NCBI GenBank assembly: GCA_964354805.1
Contig: CAYHBD010000009.1
Coordinates: 91,538 to 155,537, forward strand
DNA: 64,000 bases
Direction: 5' to 3'
DNA from: an uncultured archaeon
GTDB lineage: Archaea > Iainarchaeota > Iainarchaeia > Iainarchaeales > GCA-2688035
Shown here: positions 18,091 through 29,317 of the stretch, in pieces
Position numbering within the stretch: position 1 is the first letter of the stretch
Layout: the number at the start of each line of letters is the position of its first letter
Made by a program: the position numbers and the translations under genes
The notes under the pieces: generated by a model
Told to the model about the DNA's origin: nothing
Database searches by the model: none
The model's input: the letters and a program-made list of their open reading frames with translations, nothing else

Positions 18091-19962
18091 ATGGGCAAAG
18101 TTATTGGAATTGACTTGGGAACTTCGAACAGCGCTGCTGCTTTCCTGGAAGCCGGAAAGCCGAAAATTATTCCAAGCGCTGAAGGCGCTTCGGTTTACGG
18201 AAAAGCCTTTCCCTCTTATGTTGCTTTTACAAAAGAAGGCCAGGTGCTTGTGGGAGAGCCGGCAAAAAGGCAGGCAGTAAGCAACCCTGACAATACTTTC
18301 ACTGCTTTTAAAAGAAAAATGGGCACTGACTTCAAATACAAAGCCAGGGGCAAAGAGTACACCCCGCAGCAATTAAGCGCTTTCCTCCTGCAGAAAATAA
18401 AGAAGGATGCCGAAGAGTTTTTGGGAGAAAAAATTGAAAAAGCAGTTATCACTGTTCCAGCTTATTTTGACGATAATCAGCGCCAAGCAACAAAGGATGC
18501 AGGAGAAATTGCAGGCATGCAGGTGATTAGAATTGTTAACGAGCCAACGGCAGCCTGCCTTGCATATGGCCTAGATAAAAAAGCAAAAGAGCAGCGGATT
18601 CTTGTTTTTGATTTCGGCGGCGGAACACTTGATGTAACTGTAATGGAATTCGGGCAGGGCGTATTTGAAGTGAAATCAACCAGCGGTGACACACTGCTTG
18701 GCGGAACAGACATGGATAACACGCTTGTTGACTTCATTGCAGCTGAATTCAAAAAAGAGCAGGCAGTTGATTTGAAAAAAGATAGCATGGCAATGCAGCG
18801 CTTGAGGGAAGCAGCCGAAAAGGCAAAAATTGAATTGAGCACAGTGCTTGAAACAGACATTAATCTGCCATACATTACAGCAGACAGCTCAGGCCCAAAG
18901 CACCTTGCAATGAAAATCACCAGGGCAAAGCTTGAGAAGCTGATTGAGCCGATTATTAAGAGATGCGAAAAACCTGTGAAGCAGGCACTTGCCGACGCAA
19001 AAATGCTGCCTGCAGACATAAACAAAATCATAATGGTTGGAGGCCCAACAAGAATGCCCTGCGTGCAGAGCTTTGTTGAAAGCATTGCAGGCACAAAAGT
19101 TGAAAGGGGCGTTGACCCAATGGAATGCGTTGCTGCAGGGGCTGCAGTGCAGGCAGGTGTTTTGAGCGGAGAAGTCAAAGATGTCCTGTTGCTTGATGTC
19201 ACTCCATTGACCCTTGGGATTGAAACGCTTGGCAGCATTCGAACACAGCTTATTGCAAGGAACACAACAATTCCAACAAAAAAGAGCCAGATTTTTTCAA
19301 CGGCAGCAGACAGCCAGACAGCCGTTGACATTCATGTGCTGCAGGGAGAAAGGGAAATGGCCAGAGACAACAAAAGCCTTGGCAGGTTCCAGCTGGTTGG
19401 AATACCGCCGGCGCCAAGGGGAATTCCGCAGATTGAGGTAACATTTGACATTGATGCAAATGGAATAGTGCATGTTACAGCAAAGGATTTGGGAACAGGA
19501 AAAAGCCAGAGCATCAAAATCGTTGCATCGCAGAAGCTGAACGAGGATGAAATTGAAAGAATGAGGAAAGAAGCAGAGCAGCACGCTGCAGAGGACAAGA
19601 AAAGGAAGGGAGAAGCTGAAACAATCAACGAAGCAGATGCCGTTACTTACAGCACTGAAAAGCTGCTTGAAGAAATGAAGGACAAGGGTGAAAAGGAAAA
19701 GCTTGACAAAGTGAAAAAGCTCAATGACGAACTGAAAGAGCTTCTTGAGAAAGAGCCGAAAGACGCAGGAGCAATTAGGGCGAAGATGGATGAATTGAGC
19801 AAAAAAACGCAGGAGATTGGAACAGAGATTTACAGGAAGGCTGCGGAAGAGGCTGCAAAAAAACAGCAGGGAGCGCAGGGGGCAAAGGGCAGCGGAGAGC
19901 AAGGCGGAGAAGACAATGTTGTTGACGCTGACTACGAAGTGCGAGACGAGGACAAAAAATAA
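18091..19962 (+). CDS. dnaK: Chaperone DnaK (Hsp70)
   Basis: [27 protein letters not shown], the IVLVGG equivalent, and an EEVD-less acidic C-terminus. Full-length Hsp70. Confidence 0.95.
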   Translation: MGKVIGIDLGTSNSAAAFLEAGKPKIIPSAEGASVYGKAFPSYVAFTKEGQVLVGEPAKRQAVSNPDNTFTAFKRKMGTDFKYKARGKEYTPQQLSAFLLQKIKKDAEEFLGEKIEKAVITVPAYFDDNQRQATKDAGEIAGMQVIRIVNEPTAACLAYGLDKKAKEQRILVFDFGGGTLDVTVMEFGQGVFEVKSTSGDTLLGGTDMDNTLVDFIAAEFKKEQAVDLKKDSMAMQRLREAAEKAKIELSTVLETDINLPYITADSSGPKHLAMKITRAKLEKLIEPIIKRCEKPVKQALADAKMLPADINKIIMVGGPTRMPCVQSFVESIAGTKVERGVDPMECVAAGAAVQAGVLSGEVKDVLLLDVTPLTLGIETLGSIRTQLIARNTTIPTKKSQIFSTAADSQTAVDIHVLQGEREMARDNKSLGRFQLVGIPPAPRGIPQIEVTFDIDANGIVHVTAKDLGTGKSQSIKIVASQKLNEDEIERMRKEAEQHAAEDKKRKGEAETINEADAVTYSTEKLLEEMKDKGEKEKLDKVKKLNDELKELLEKEPKDAGAIRAKMDELSKKTQEIGTEIYRKAAEEAAKKQQGAQGAKGSGEQGGEDNVVDADYEVRDEDKK

Positions 19963-20023
19963 TACCAGAAAAACAAAAAGCCCCTTTTTTAATTTCTTTT
20001 CAATTAATTTTAACTGATTTGGC

Positions 20024-21172
20024 ATGCCAGAAAAGCGCGATTACTATGATGTTCTCGGATTGAAGCGCGGCGCTTCAACTGATGAAGTGAAAAACGCTTA
20101 CAAAGAGCTTGCGAAAAAATACCACCCTGATTTGAACAAGGAAGCAGGCGCTGAAGAGAAATTCAAGGAATTGCTGGAAGCATACCAGGTTCTTTCCGAT
20201 CCGGAGAAAAAAGCAAACTATGACCAGTTCGGGCACGCGGCCGAAGGGTTCCAGGGCTTTCAGGGATTCAGGGGCGCCGGAGCAAGAGGCTTTGATTTCG
20301 ATTTCGGGGACATCTTTGAAAACATGGGCGGATTCAGCGAATTCAACCTCGGAGACCTGTTCAGGGAAGCGTTCGGTGGCAGGGGAGCAAGAGCAGCCCC
20401 AAGCCATGGAAGCAACTTGCGGCTGGACTTAAGCATCAGCTTTGAGGAAGCAGCATTCGGGGCAGAAAAAACAGTGCACATTGAAAGAGTAGAAAGCTGC
20501 GATGCATGCAATGGAAAAGGCGGTAGCGGGGAAGAAACATGCAGCCAATGCAAAGGGCACGGAGTAATAACCCAGAGCAGGAGAACAATGTTTGGAGTTT
20601 TTTCAACACAATCAACCTGCGGAAAGTGCGGCGGAAGCGGAAAAACAGTGCGAAACATCTGCAAGTCATGCAATGGAAAAGGAAAAATAAAAATCAGAAA
20701 AGAAATCAAGGTAAAAATTCCGGCTGGAGTGAACACAGGAAACCACCTGCGCTTGCACGGGCAGGGCAATGCAGGCAGCAGGGGCGGAAGAGCAGGCGAC
20801 TTGTTTGTTGTGATTTTCGTTGAACCGCACGATGTTTTCAAGCGGGATGGAACAGACATTTTTGCTGAAGTGCCGATTTCTTTTGCCGAAGCAGCGCTTG
20901 GAACAAAGCTTGATGTTCCAACACTGGATGGAGAAGCAACAATCAAAGTGCCTGCCGGAACGCAGACCGGAACAATCTTCAGGCTGCGGGACAAGGGAAT
21001 AAAGGAACTTGAGGGAAGCGGCTTTGGAGACGAATATGTCAAGGTAATTGTTGAAACCCCAAAGAAAATGAGCAGCAGGCAGCGTCAGCTGTTTGAAGAA
21101 ATTGTGAAAGAAGAAAACCTGCGCGAGGAAAGGAAAGGCTTTTTTGCGAAAGTTGGAAAAAAATTTAAGTAA
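20024..21172 (+). CDS. dnaJ: Chaperone DnaJ (Hsp40, type I)
   Basis: J domain with HPD (KKYHPDLN), G/F-rich region, and four CxxCxGxG zinc-finger repeats. Confidence 0.95.
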   Translation: MPEKRDYYDVLGLKRGASTDEVKNAYKELAKKYHPDLNKEAGAEEKFKELLEAYQVLSDPEKKANYDQFGHAAEGFQGFQGFRGAGARGFDFDFGDIFENMGGFSEFNLGDLFREAFGGRGARAAPSHGSNLRLDLSISFEEAAFGAEKTVHIERVESCDACNGKGGSGEETCSQCKGHGVITQSRRTMFGVFSTQSTCGKCGGSGKTVRNICKSCNGKGKIKIRKEIKVKIPAGVNTGNHLRLHGQGNAGSRGGRAGDLFVVIFVEPHDVFKRDGTDIFAEVPISFAEAALGTKLDVPTLDGEATIKVPAGTQTGTIFRLRDKGIKELEGSGFGDEYVKVIVETPKKMSSRQRQLFEEIVKEENLREERKGFFAKVGKKFK

Positions 21173-21322
21173 TATTTTATTACCCAAATTCACATGGTTG
21201 AGTAAACATGCCCAAAAAAAATTTGCATGACGAATTCCTGCACAAAATACAGCAACAGAAAATGAAAGAATTGTGGGATAACAAAGAAGACGAATTCTGG
21301 GAAGACGTTTAATCCAGAATTT

Positions 21323-22003
21323 TTACAGCTGCCTTTTCCCGATTTTTCTGAAAACCAAGTAAGAGTAAACAAATGTTGCTGCAAGCATCAGCAAAGCAAG
21401 CCCTATTACGAAAGCAAATGCCCAATCAGGCCAAGCAACAGAGAAAAGCATTACTATGCCGAACACAATGAACAGCTTCCCGCCGAACACATGGGTCTTT
21501 GCCCAAACCTTGTCGCTTGCAAGAGCCCAGGGAGTCCTGATTCCGATAAAAAAGTTTCTTTTAAGGTGCGGCAGCAGCAACCCGATTGCAATGAAAAGCA
21601 CTGCAATGGCTGGAGGAAAAACCTGCGCCATATTGAATTGAAAGCCAAAAGAGGGGGACAAGATTATTGCAAAAAAGGCAATGAAGAACAACTGCAGCAC
21701 CAGGCCAAAAGCCCAGTAGTGCTGTTCAAAAGCCTTCCAGTTTTCCTTAAATGGATCGATTTTTGGAAGAACAACCCACAAAAGCAGCATAACAGCCATT
21801 ATCAGCGGGATTAGGAAAGCAGAAACCCAGTTCGGGCCCCAGCCATCAATCTGCCCAGCTGCATTCCAGTGAATTGGAACAATTTCCGGCAGCATTGGAA
21901 GAACAACAAAAGCAGCCACAACAGCGGCAATCACAAGCAAAAAGCAAACTATTTCCAAAGCCAATGTTCCCTTATTTTTCTTATGCATCTGAATTGAATA
22001 CAA
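21323..22003 (-). CDS. SdpI/YhfL-like (DUF1648) membrane protein
   Basis: IPIHWNAAGQIDGWG motif after the first TM, then a four-to-six TM hydrophobic core. Confidence 0.5.
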   Translation of the reverse strand: MYSIQMHKKNKGTLALEIVCFLLVIAAVVAAFVVLPMLPEIVPIHWNAAGQIDGWGPNWVSAFLIPLIMAVMLLLWVVLPKIDPFKENWKAFEQHYWAFGLVLQLFFIAFFAIILSPSFGFQFNMAQVFPPAIAVLFIAIGLLLPHLKRNFFIGIRTPWALASDKVWAKTHVFGGKLFIVFGIVMLFSVAWPDWAFAFVIGLALLMLAATFVYSYLVFRKIGKRQL

Positions 22004-22201
22004 CGGAAAGGAATAAAAAAAGAAGTAATGGAAAAAAAGCCTGCGTTTTCCTCATCGCACGGCATTTCACAGTTTTAATTACTACGCTTGCCCGCACACT
22101 CCATCAATGCAAAAACCAGAAGCGCATTGAGTGTTATCAGTGCAGTGAGCATTTGCTTTCTTGAGGTCACAGACACCGCTCGCGCAACTATTTGGGCAGG
22201 A

Positions 22202-25200
22202 CTATGGTATTGGTCCAACACTGCTAAAATCAATTTGTTGGAATCCAATTCCTCCCTGCGAAATGGGTTTTAATGCAGGAGAATTAGCAAGCAAAGTGAA
22301 CTTGTCATTACTATAATCTTCAAACAAGGGGTCTGCAACTATTGGGTCTTGATCAAATCCTTTTTGTTTCCACTCCTCAAGATTCCAATTGGGGTTTGTA
22401 CGATAGTTGGGATTATAATAAAGATTAAAATTTGAATAATCAATTGAATGAATCTCTTGTTTCGTTATAAGTTTTCCATCATTTTCGTAATAGACAATAT
22501 TTCTTGTAAACCTGTTGCCAGAGGGCATTCTATTAGTAAATGGATCCACTATATCCTCCAAATCCGGAGAACCCCCAGCATAATTTAACTGACTCAGGCC
22601 ACCTTCAGCGAAAATATTGTTCTCAACAACATTATCAAAATTTCGAACAAGAAGCAAAGCGCCCCACGAGGCCCTATAAACTACATTATTTTTAACTTGG
22701 ATATCCTTGCTGCCCATGTCCAAATAAATTCCGACGATTCCCCAATCAGTAAGGTGTTTATTGGTCTTAACTATATCGTGACAAATATTATTTCTGACTA
22801 TTGTCCCTGGTTGTTTGCCCACAAGATAGATGGCTGCACCATCATTTAACTCTTGCATTACATGATGAACCTCGTTATACTCAATTATATTATTGCTGAC
22901 TAAAGTATCGTATGCATACCATCTCCATCCAACAGAAATTCCAGTGTAAGTAGTATCGTAAACCAGATTATGCGAGATTTTATTGCCCCCGCTCATTAAA
23001 ACCAATATCCCAGCACCCTCTTTATAGACCGCATTTGTGTTGTGAATCCTATTATTCGAAATCGTGTTATTCTTTGTTAAGTTTTCATTAACATCAATAC
23101 CAACCTTAATGCCCCCAGCGCCTGTGTCAAATATATCATTTCCGATTATTTGAAGATTTTCAGAATAACTGTATAAAGCATAAGCGCCGGTATTTTTAAT
23201 GACATTATTCTCAAACTTGCAATTTCTACAAAACTCAAAACTTACAGCAGCAGGAACTGGAATATTAAACCCTGTTTGTATACCATAATAACCATTCGCT
23301 GGAAGCCACCAATCAGAATCAGCAAAAGTAAGCCCTTTGAAATTTATGTTTTCGGCAAACGTAAGAACTAATCTAGTATCCACATCAAATCGCAGAGCCT
23401 TTCCTATCTTACCCTCAACAAATTGCTGTTTACCAACTAATGTAATATTCTTGAAATTTCCAGATACGTCATTAAGACTGCCTTCAAAAGGAACGTGAAG
23501 GATTAAACCATTTGTTATATCCTTCGCATTAAACAACTCTTCTACCTCACTCTGGCTTAAGCTCCTGTTGAATATCCTCAATTCATCCATAGCCCCTACA
23601 AAACCATCACAATAAGGGGGTTTTCCAATTTCAGGAGAGTCAAGTTTCATATTGGGATAAAAATCAATCGGCACTTCCCCTTCATATTCGCCATCAATAT
23701 AACAAATAAATTTTTTACTTTCCTTATTCTCCCTGTCAAAAACACCAGTAATCAAATGCCATTGAGCATCACTGACAATAGTATTCCCACAAATAGTTTC
23801 TGTATATTTGCTGCCATCTCCAATTAAAAATTTTATTTTCCCTCTACTAAGCCCAAACCGATAGCCATTCCCAGCACCTGCATTACCCACTGTATACATC
23901 CTGATTGATGTAGAAGCAGTGTTAACCCAATGAGAAATAGTAAAAGAACCTGCCAAATTTAAACCATTTTCTTCACCGTTAACCTTAACAAGTTGATTTA
24001 AAATAGGGGCAACAATTTCAGAACTATCTACTTTTTTTCCAGGCAAAGGCCAGTAATACAATTTTCCAGCATGCTTATCAAGATACCATTCACCAGGGCT
24101 ATCGAGCCCTTCAAAAACATTTTCAACATAATACCTTCCTGTACTAGGGTTATAATCATAGTCATACCCCCTGTCTATTGGCAGGCTGCCAACAAAATAA
24201 ACCTTTTGCCCTTCCACCCTGGCTATCTTAAATCTTGACTCCTTCCATCTCCTATAAGAAATAACCTCAACATCATTAAGATTTGTCCATTTAGCACTAA
24301 TATCACTACCACTAAAATTAAATGCAGTAAGATTTGTGCCAGCATCTACACCATTAATATAGTAAAAGCCCTCGTCCGGCTCCCTTGCCCTCACAGCCCT
24401 TTTGCCATCCACAAAAAGAGAATTAAAATCACCATACTGGCCCAAAAAAGAAGAAACATCAGCAACATAAATTCCACCTTTATAGGGTTTCCAATCTAAC
24501 TTTAATTTTTTCCCTCCAGAAATAACCACTTCTTCTCCAGGGTAAGCCTGGTAAGTAATTGGCTTATCAGAAGCCCCAGAGTCTTCAAAGGTAAGGTTAA
24601 ATGTCTTATCCAATCGATAAACCCCTCCCCGAACATAAACATTTACCGGGGCATTAAACCTATTTTGCTGCTTTAAACCCCTAACAGCATCCCTTGCTTT
24701 CTCCAAAGTCTTAAAAGGACTATCAATTGTCCCCAAACCGTTATCATTCCCAGACGCAGAAACATAATAACAAATTGTCCCAGGAACCGGGCAAGCTGGT
24801 GGTGAACAGTCGTTGTCCACAAAGTAGTTACAATCTGCTGGACAGCAACCGTCGCCATTTTGGCATCTGGTGATTGGCGTGTGGAGGCAAGCATTGTTTG
24901 TATCGCAAATGTCAACAGTGCACGCGTTTTGGTCATTGCACTGTGAGTCATTGTAGCATTCAATTGGGTTTATGCATTCCCCCAGGCAGCATTGGGTTGT
25001 GCCTGTTGCAAGAACAACAGACCTCGAGCAAACCTTGTTGCTTGGGCAGAGTGTTCCCCCCATTTCATCACATGTTTTGAGCACGCACCCGCCGCTGACA
25101 CATTTCTTATTCGGGTCACAGGTCACGTTTTTGCAGGGGTCAGGAGTGCCCTCCTCACAGTCACTTGGGCAGCATCTATCGCTATCAAATGCTGATATAA

Positions 25201-25771
25201 AATTACTCGGGCATGTTTCATTACTCGAGCATATCCTGCCACTTTGTGCAGCACATGTCAGCGTAGTGCAATCGCTGTCATTTAAGTGGCTGCAGTTACT
25301 TGGGCAACATCCATCACCTGAGTTGCAGTTGATTATCTGACTATGCGAGCACTTTTTTGGGGCACCGCTGCAAACATCACTTGTGCAACTGGCCCCATCA
25401 TCGCAGTCTGAATTTTTCTGGCACTCATCCAGCGTTACTGGCTTTTTGTAAACGCATAAAACTTCTGTTCCTTTTTCATCAAGCCATGCTTCAAGCTGGT
25501 TTTCATTCTTTTTAATCAAAAAATACAAATGGGGTTTCTCTTCGAACTGTCGACCGCATTTCTCCATAATTGTGTTTATTTGTGATTTTACCTGGCTTTT
25601 TTCCCAAAGACTGCTTGTAATTGCTGCGTCAGGATTTTCTGCAAGAAATTCCTTCACTCTTGAATCAGCTTTAACTACATTAATTGGATCCTGCGGGCCA
25701 ACGCACCCGCCCAAAGCAACTGCTACAAAAAACAAAACAAAAAGCAATATCACGCCTATTCTTTCCATCAA
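22202..25771 (-). CDS. Large secreted/surface protein (1189 aa): signal peptide, Cys-rich CCP-type repeats, LamG/concanavalin-like domain, and right-handed parallel beta-helix repeats
   Basis: N-terminal hydrophobic signal (VILLFVLFFVAVALGGCVG). Three repeats of the type CxxGDGCCPxxCxxxxDxDC, and a LamG-like block (ISHWVN...DELRIFNRSLSQSEVEELF). Repeated NN(R/V)I..N beta-helix turns (NNRIHNTN, NNIIEYNEVHH, NNVVYRA). Confidence 0.6.
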   Translation of the reverse strand: MMERIGVILLFVLFFVAVALGGCVGPQDPINVVKADSRVKEFLAENPDAAITSSLWEKSQVKSQINTIMEKCGRQFEEKPHLYFLIKKNENQLEAWLDEKGTEVLCVYKKPVTLDECQKNSDCDDGASCTSDVCSGAPKKCSHSQIINCNSGDGCCPSNCSHLNDSDCTTLTCAAQSGRICSSNETCPSNFISAFDSDRCCPSDCEEGTPDPCKNVTCDPNKKCVSGGCVLKTCDEMGGTLCPSNKVCSRSVVLATGTTQCCLGECINPIECYNDSQCNDQNACTVDICDTNNACLHTPITRCQNGDGCCPADCNYFVDNDCSPPACPVPGTICYYVSASGNDNGLGTIDSPFKTLEKARDAVRGLKQQNRFNAPVNVYVRGGVYRLDKTFNLTFEDSGASDKPITYQAYPGEEVVISGGKKLKLDWKPYKGGIYVADVSSFLGQYGDFNSLFVDGKRAVRAREPDEGFYYINGVDAGTNLTAFNFSGSDISAKWTNLNDVEVISYRRWKESRFKIARVEGQKVYFVGSLPIDRGYDYDYNPSTGRYYVENVFEGLDSPGEWYLDKHAGKLYYWPLPGKKVDSSEIVAPILNQLVKVNGEENGLNLAGSFTISHWVNTASTSIRMYTVGNAGAGNGYRFGLSRGKIKFLIGDGSKYTETICGNTIVSDAQWHLITGVFDRENKESKKFICYIDGEYEGEVPIDFYPNMKLDSPEIGKPPYCDGFVGAMDELRIFNRSLSQSEVEELFNAKDITNGLILHVPFEGSLNDVSGNFKNITLVGKQQFVEGKIGKALRFDVDTRLVLTFAENINFKGLTFADSDWWLPANGYYGIQTGFNIPVPAAVSFEFCRNCKFENNVIKNTGAYALYSYSENLQIIGNDIFDTGAGGIKVGIDVNENLTKNNTISNNRIHNTNAVYKEGAGILVLMSGGNKISHNLVYDTTYTGISVGWRWYAYDTLVSNNIIEYNEVHHVMQELNDGAAIYLVGKQPGTIVRNNICHDIVKTNKHLTDWGIVGIYLDMGSKDIQVKNNVVYRASWGALLLVRNFDNVVENNIFAEGGLSQLNYAGGSPDLEDIVDPFTNRMPSGNRFTRNIVYYENDGKLITKQEIHSIDYSNFNLYYNPNYRTNPNWNLEEWKQKGFDQDPIVADPLFEDYSNDKFTLLANSPALKPISQGGIGFQQIDFSSVGPIP

Positions 25772-25913
25772 TAAAAAATAGTAAACTTTGAAATATTTAA
25801 ACAGGCAGGATGCCTGAATTTTGGGATAAAATTACTTAAACGCAAAAAACCTTCAAAAATCAACTAATGGAATTTGCCTGCGGGAAGAAAAGCGAATAAA
25901 CCAAGCGATTTTG

Positions 25914-26327
25914 TTAAAGCATTTTTTCAATTTCTTTTGTTGTTAGAACCTTTATTTCGTTTTGCTGCCTGAAGTGCTTGTCATCTGACCAGATTGGCTT
26001 GTTTCCAAGCTCTATTGAAAGGGCTATGAACGGAACATCGTCGGCATCAATTCCCTTCATTATCCCAAGCGCTTTGTTGATTGATTTTTTTGATATTTCA
26101 TTTTCTGACAAGACAGCTATTTTTGACAGGAGATGTTTCATTAAAAAGTTGAATTGCTGCTCGTTTATTCCAGCCTTCTTTTTTATCAGCGCTTTGTATT
26201 TTCCCACTTCTTTTAGCCCAAATTCCACGGTGTATAAAGAAAATTTTTTGCTCAGAATTATTCTCCTGCTTACGCTGTCTCTTATGAGCGCGGCGATAAT
26301 TCTGTTCGTGTCCACAATCAGCTCCAT
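25914..26327 (-). CDS. vapC: PIN-domain toxin (VapC-like)
   Basis: MELIVDTN... N-terminal acidic triad context, DADDV and SDD motifs. Overlaps the upstream small antitoxin gene by 10 nt. Confidence 0.65.
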   Translation of the reverse strand: MELIVDTNRIIAALIRDSVSRRIILSKKFSLYTVEFGLKEVGKYKALIKKKAGINEQQFNFLMKHLLSKIAVLSENEISKKSINKALGIMKGIDADDVPFIALSIELGNKPIWSDDKHFRQQNEIKVLTTKEIEKML

Positions 26328-26557
26328 GAGCCAAACCTTTTCTCAAAACGCCGCCTGATTTCTGCCTTGATACCGTGCCCTATTTCCTCGGCATCAGCCT
26401 CTGAAAGAGCGCTGTCCTTCAGGATTTTGTCCATAAACTCCAGCTCCCTGACCCTTTCCTCAAATGTTTCCCTCGCAATGCTGCTCCACCTGATTTCATT
26501 ATGCTTTGACATTCTTTTATGCAATTCATCCGGAATAGCCAGAGTCATATTAGCCAC
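26318..26557 (-). CDS. vapB: Small antitoxin-like protein paired with the PIN toxin (VapB-like)
   Basis: 79 aa charged protein immediately upstream of, and overlapping, vapC. Classic TA arrangement. Confidence 0.5.
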   Translation of the reverse strand: MANMTLAIPDELHKRMSKHNEIRWSSIARETFEERVRELEFMDKILKDSALSEADAEEIGHGIKAEIRRRFEKRFGSWS

Positions 26558-26783
26558 AAAAAATCACCAAATAGATTATGTGAAAACACATATTTAAACA
26601 TATGCCCGGCGGCCGGGGCAAAAAGAAATAAAAAAAGAATTAATGAGGCGGGAAAAATTTATTTAAATTCTTTTTCTTTCCCTTAAAAAGGGGGTTGAAT
26701 ATCTTTCTTTGATTTATAAATTAATTGACAAAAGAAATATAACTATTTAACACCCTTTTAAATTATAACCAATTTTAACGGTT

Positions 26784-29174
26784 TTGCATATGGACCTTGA
26801 TTTCCACAAAATAGAGCAAAAATGGCAGGCGCACTGGGAAAAGAATAAGATATACAAATTCAACCCAAAAAGCAAGCAGCCTGTTTACAGCATAGACTCA
26901 CCGCCGCCGACTGTTTCTGGGACAATGCACCTGGGGCACGCATTTGCATTCACCCAGCAGGACTTCATTGCACGCTACAAAAAAATGCGCGGTTTCAACG
27001 TTTTCCACCCGTTCGGCTTTGATAACAACGGCCTGGCAACAGCGCTGATGGTTGAAAAAAAGCTTGGAATAAAACAGAAGAATTTCCAGAGAGACGAATT
27101 CATCAAAATCGTTCTGAAGGAAACAGCGGAAGAAGAGCGCAAGATGCTTGCAGCATTCAAAAGCATTGGATTAAGCGTTGACTGGAGCCTTTTATACAGG
27201 ACAATTGATGAGCTTGCAAGGAAAACAGCGCAATACAGCTTCCTTGATTTGTTCAAGCAGGGCAGGCTTTACCAGAAAGACGCTCCAACAATGTGGTGCC
27301 CGAGCTGCGAGACAGCGGTAGCACAGGCAGAGCTTGAGGACAGGGAAATTGAAAGCACCTTCAACGACATTGTTTTCAAAACAGAGCAGGGAAAAGAGGT
27401 AATAATTGCAACAACAAGGCCGGAATTGCTGCCTGCGTGTGTTGCTGTTTTCGTTCACCCAAGCGATGAAAGATTCAATCACTTGGTTGGAAAAAAATTA
27501 AAGGTGCCGTTGTTTGATTTGCTTGTTCCAGTGCTTGAGGACCAGAGAGCAGACCCTGAAAAAGGGACAGGAATTGTAATGTGCTGCACTTTCGGAGACC
27601 AGACAGACATGGAATGGTATCAGGCGCACAACCTGCCAATGAGGGTTGCAATAACAAAAGACGGCAGAATGAACGAACTCGCGGGAAAATTCAAAGGCAT
27701 GACTCTTGTTGAAGCAAGGAAAGCGGTTATTGAGGATTTGCGCAAAGAAGGTCTGCTTAAAGCACAAAAGCCGATAAAGCACGCTGTGAATGTTCATGAG
27801 AGATGCAAAACAGAAATGGAGATTCTGCCAAGCAAACAGTGGTTTATACACTACCTTGACTTGAAAGACGAGTACATAGTGAAAGCCGATGCATTGCAAT
27901 GGGTTCCAAAATTCATGAAATCAAGGTATGACAACTGGATCAAGGGATTGCAGTGGGACTGGTGCATTTCAAGGCAGCGCTATTATGGTGTGCCGTTCCC
28001 GGTATGGTACTGCAAGAAATGCGGAGAGGTAATGCTGGCTGAAGAAAAGCAATTGCCTGTTGATCCCCTAAAAGACAATCCCTTAAAGAAATGCAAGTGC
28101 GGAAGCGGCGAATTTGTTGGGGAGAAAGACACTCTTGACACATGGTTCATTTCATCGCTCACTCCGCAGATCAACTGCAAATGGGCCGAGGATTCCGCTT
28201 TCTTCAAAAAAATGTTCCCAATGGATTTGAGGCCGCAGGGACATGACATTATTGCATTGTGGGCGTTCAACACAATTGTCAAAGCATTGTTCCACCAGCA
28301 GCAGCTGCCCTGGAAAACAATTACAATAAACGGCTGGGCGCTTGATTCCAAAGGAAAAAAGATGTCAAAGAGCCTGGGCAATGTAATAAAGCCAGAGGAA
28401 ATGATCCAGAAATACTGCGCTGACGCACTGCGCTACTGGGCAGGCCTGCCTGTATTGGGAGAGGACGTTCCATTCATGGAAAAGGAAATGGTTGCGGGAA
28501 AAAAGTTTTTGGTGAAACTGCACAATGCCGCAATGTTTGTTGCAAACTCAACAAAAGGCGTGAAAATCGGGAAAATCAATAAAAAGGAATTAATGCCTGA
28601 GGACAAAGCGATTTTGAGCAAGCTGAACAGGCTGATAAAAGAATGCACTGATGCCTGTGAAAGGTTTGAGTTCAGCAAGGCACTGAATCCAGCAAGGAAT
28701 TTCTTCTGGCTGCAGTTCGCTGACTTTTACATTGAGGAAGTTAAAACAAGGGTTTACAACAAAAAAGACAAAAGCGGGAAAATAGCTGCAGCCATATTGC
28801 AGGAAGCAATTTGGGATTGCCTGCTTTTGCTTGCGCCATTTTTGCCGCACACAACGGAGGAAATAGCGCAGACAATGTTCAAGCACAAGCTGAAAGAGGA
28901 AAGCATTCATTTGCTACAATGGCCCTCGGCAGATGAAAAAATGATTGATGAAAAAGCAGAGCAAACAGGCGAACTGATTAATGAGGTCATTGCAGCAATG
29001 AGGAAAGAGAAAAGCAAAGCGCAAAAGCCGATGAATGCGGAAGTGCAAAAAGCAATTGTTTCATTGGCTGAACCGGAAAAGCTAAAGGAAGGGCTTGACA
29101 CTATTAAAAGGACAATGAACCTAAAGGAAATTGAATTAAAGAAAGGCGAGTTGGCAGTTGAATTGGAATTCTGA
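26784..29174 (+). CDS. valS: Valyl-tRNA synthetase (class I, archaeal type)
   Basis: SPPPTVSGTMHLGHA (PPP + HxGH), WDWCISRQRYYGVP, KMSKSLGNVI. The 796-aa length fits a compact ValRS better than IleRS or LeuRS. Confidence 0.7.
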   Translation: MHMDLDFHKIEQKWQAHWEKNKIYKFNPKSKQPVYSIDSPPPTVSGTMHLGHAFAFTQQDFIARYKKMRGFNVFHPFGFDNNGLATALMVEKKLGIKQKNFQRDEFIKIVLKETAEEERKMLAAFKSIGLSVDWSLLYRTIDELARKTAQYSFLDLFKQGRLYQKDAPTMWCPSCETAVAQAELEDREIESTFNDIVFKTEQGKEVIIATTRPELLPACVAVFVHPSDERFNHLVGKKLKVPLFDLLVPVLEDQRADPEKGTGIVMCCTFGDQTDMEWYQAHNLPMRVAITKDGRMNELAGKFKGMTLVEARKAVIEDLRKEGLLKAQKPIKHAVNVHERCKTEMEILPSKQWFIHYLDLKDEYIVKADALQWVPKFMKSRYDNWIKGLQWDWCISRQRYYGVPFPVWYCKKCGEVMLAEEKQLPVDPLKDNPLKKCKCGSGEFVGEKDTLDTWFISSLTPQINCKWAEDSAFFKKMFPMDLRPQGHDIIALWAFNTIVKALFHQQQLPWKTITINGWALDSKGKKMSKSLGNVIKPEEMIQKYCADALRYWAGLPVLGEDVPFMEKEMVAGKKFLVKLHNAAMFVANSTKGVKIGKINKKELMPEDKAILSKLNRLIKECTDACERFEFSKALNPARNFFWLQFADFYIEEVKTRVYNKKDKSGKIAAAILQEAIWDCLLLLAPFLPHTTEEIAQTMFKHKLKEESIHLLQWPSADEKMIDEKAEQTGELINEVIAAMRKEKSKAQKPMNAEVQKAIVSLAEPEKLKEGLDTIKRTMNLKEIELKKGELAVELEF

Positions 29175-29224
29175 AAAAAATTGAAGAAAGAAAAGGCGAG
29201 CTTGCGGTTGAAATGCAATTCTGA
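29130..29224 (+). repeat. Duplicate of the valS 3' end (14 codons plus stop) 50 nt downstream, frame-shifted relative to the gene
   Basis: IELKKGELAVELEF-stop versus IEERKGELAVEMQF-stop. Both end in ttctga. Confidence 0.7.
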
Positions 29225-29317
29225 GGGATAGTGGCAAAAAAATCAAAAATACCACTTATTTAAAGGTTTCTACTTTTATCGAAACATTTATATATAAATT
29301 GTGCAGCATATTGTATT

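Noticed and set aside
18477-19331. Long minus-strand ORFs antisense to dnaK (284 aa), to aIF2-gamma (1419..1955), to PolD (53925..54794) and to the family genes
   Set aside because: They are low-complexity or hydrophobic translations opposite strongly supported conserved genes. They are typical shadow ORFs in a moderately GC-rich coding strand.
21217-21321. 34-aa ORF (MPKKNLHDEFLHKIQQQKMKELWDNKEDEFWEDV) downstream of dnaJ
   Set aside because: Too short and unsupported to call, though it could be a small protein. It is not conserved-looking by eye.
26600-26640. GC-rich near-palindrome gcccggcggccggggc upstream of valS as a structured RNA element
   Set aside because: A single short imperfect stem in a divergent promoter region. 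Insufficient evidence.
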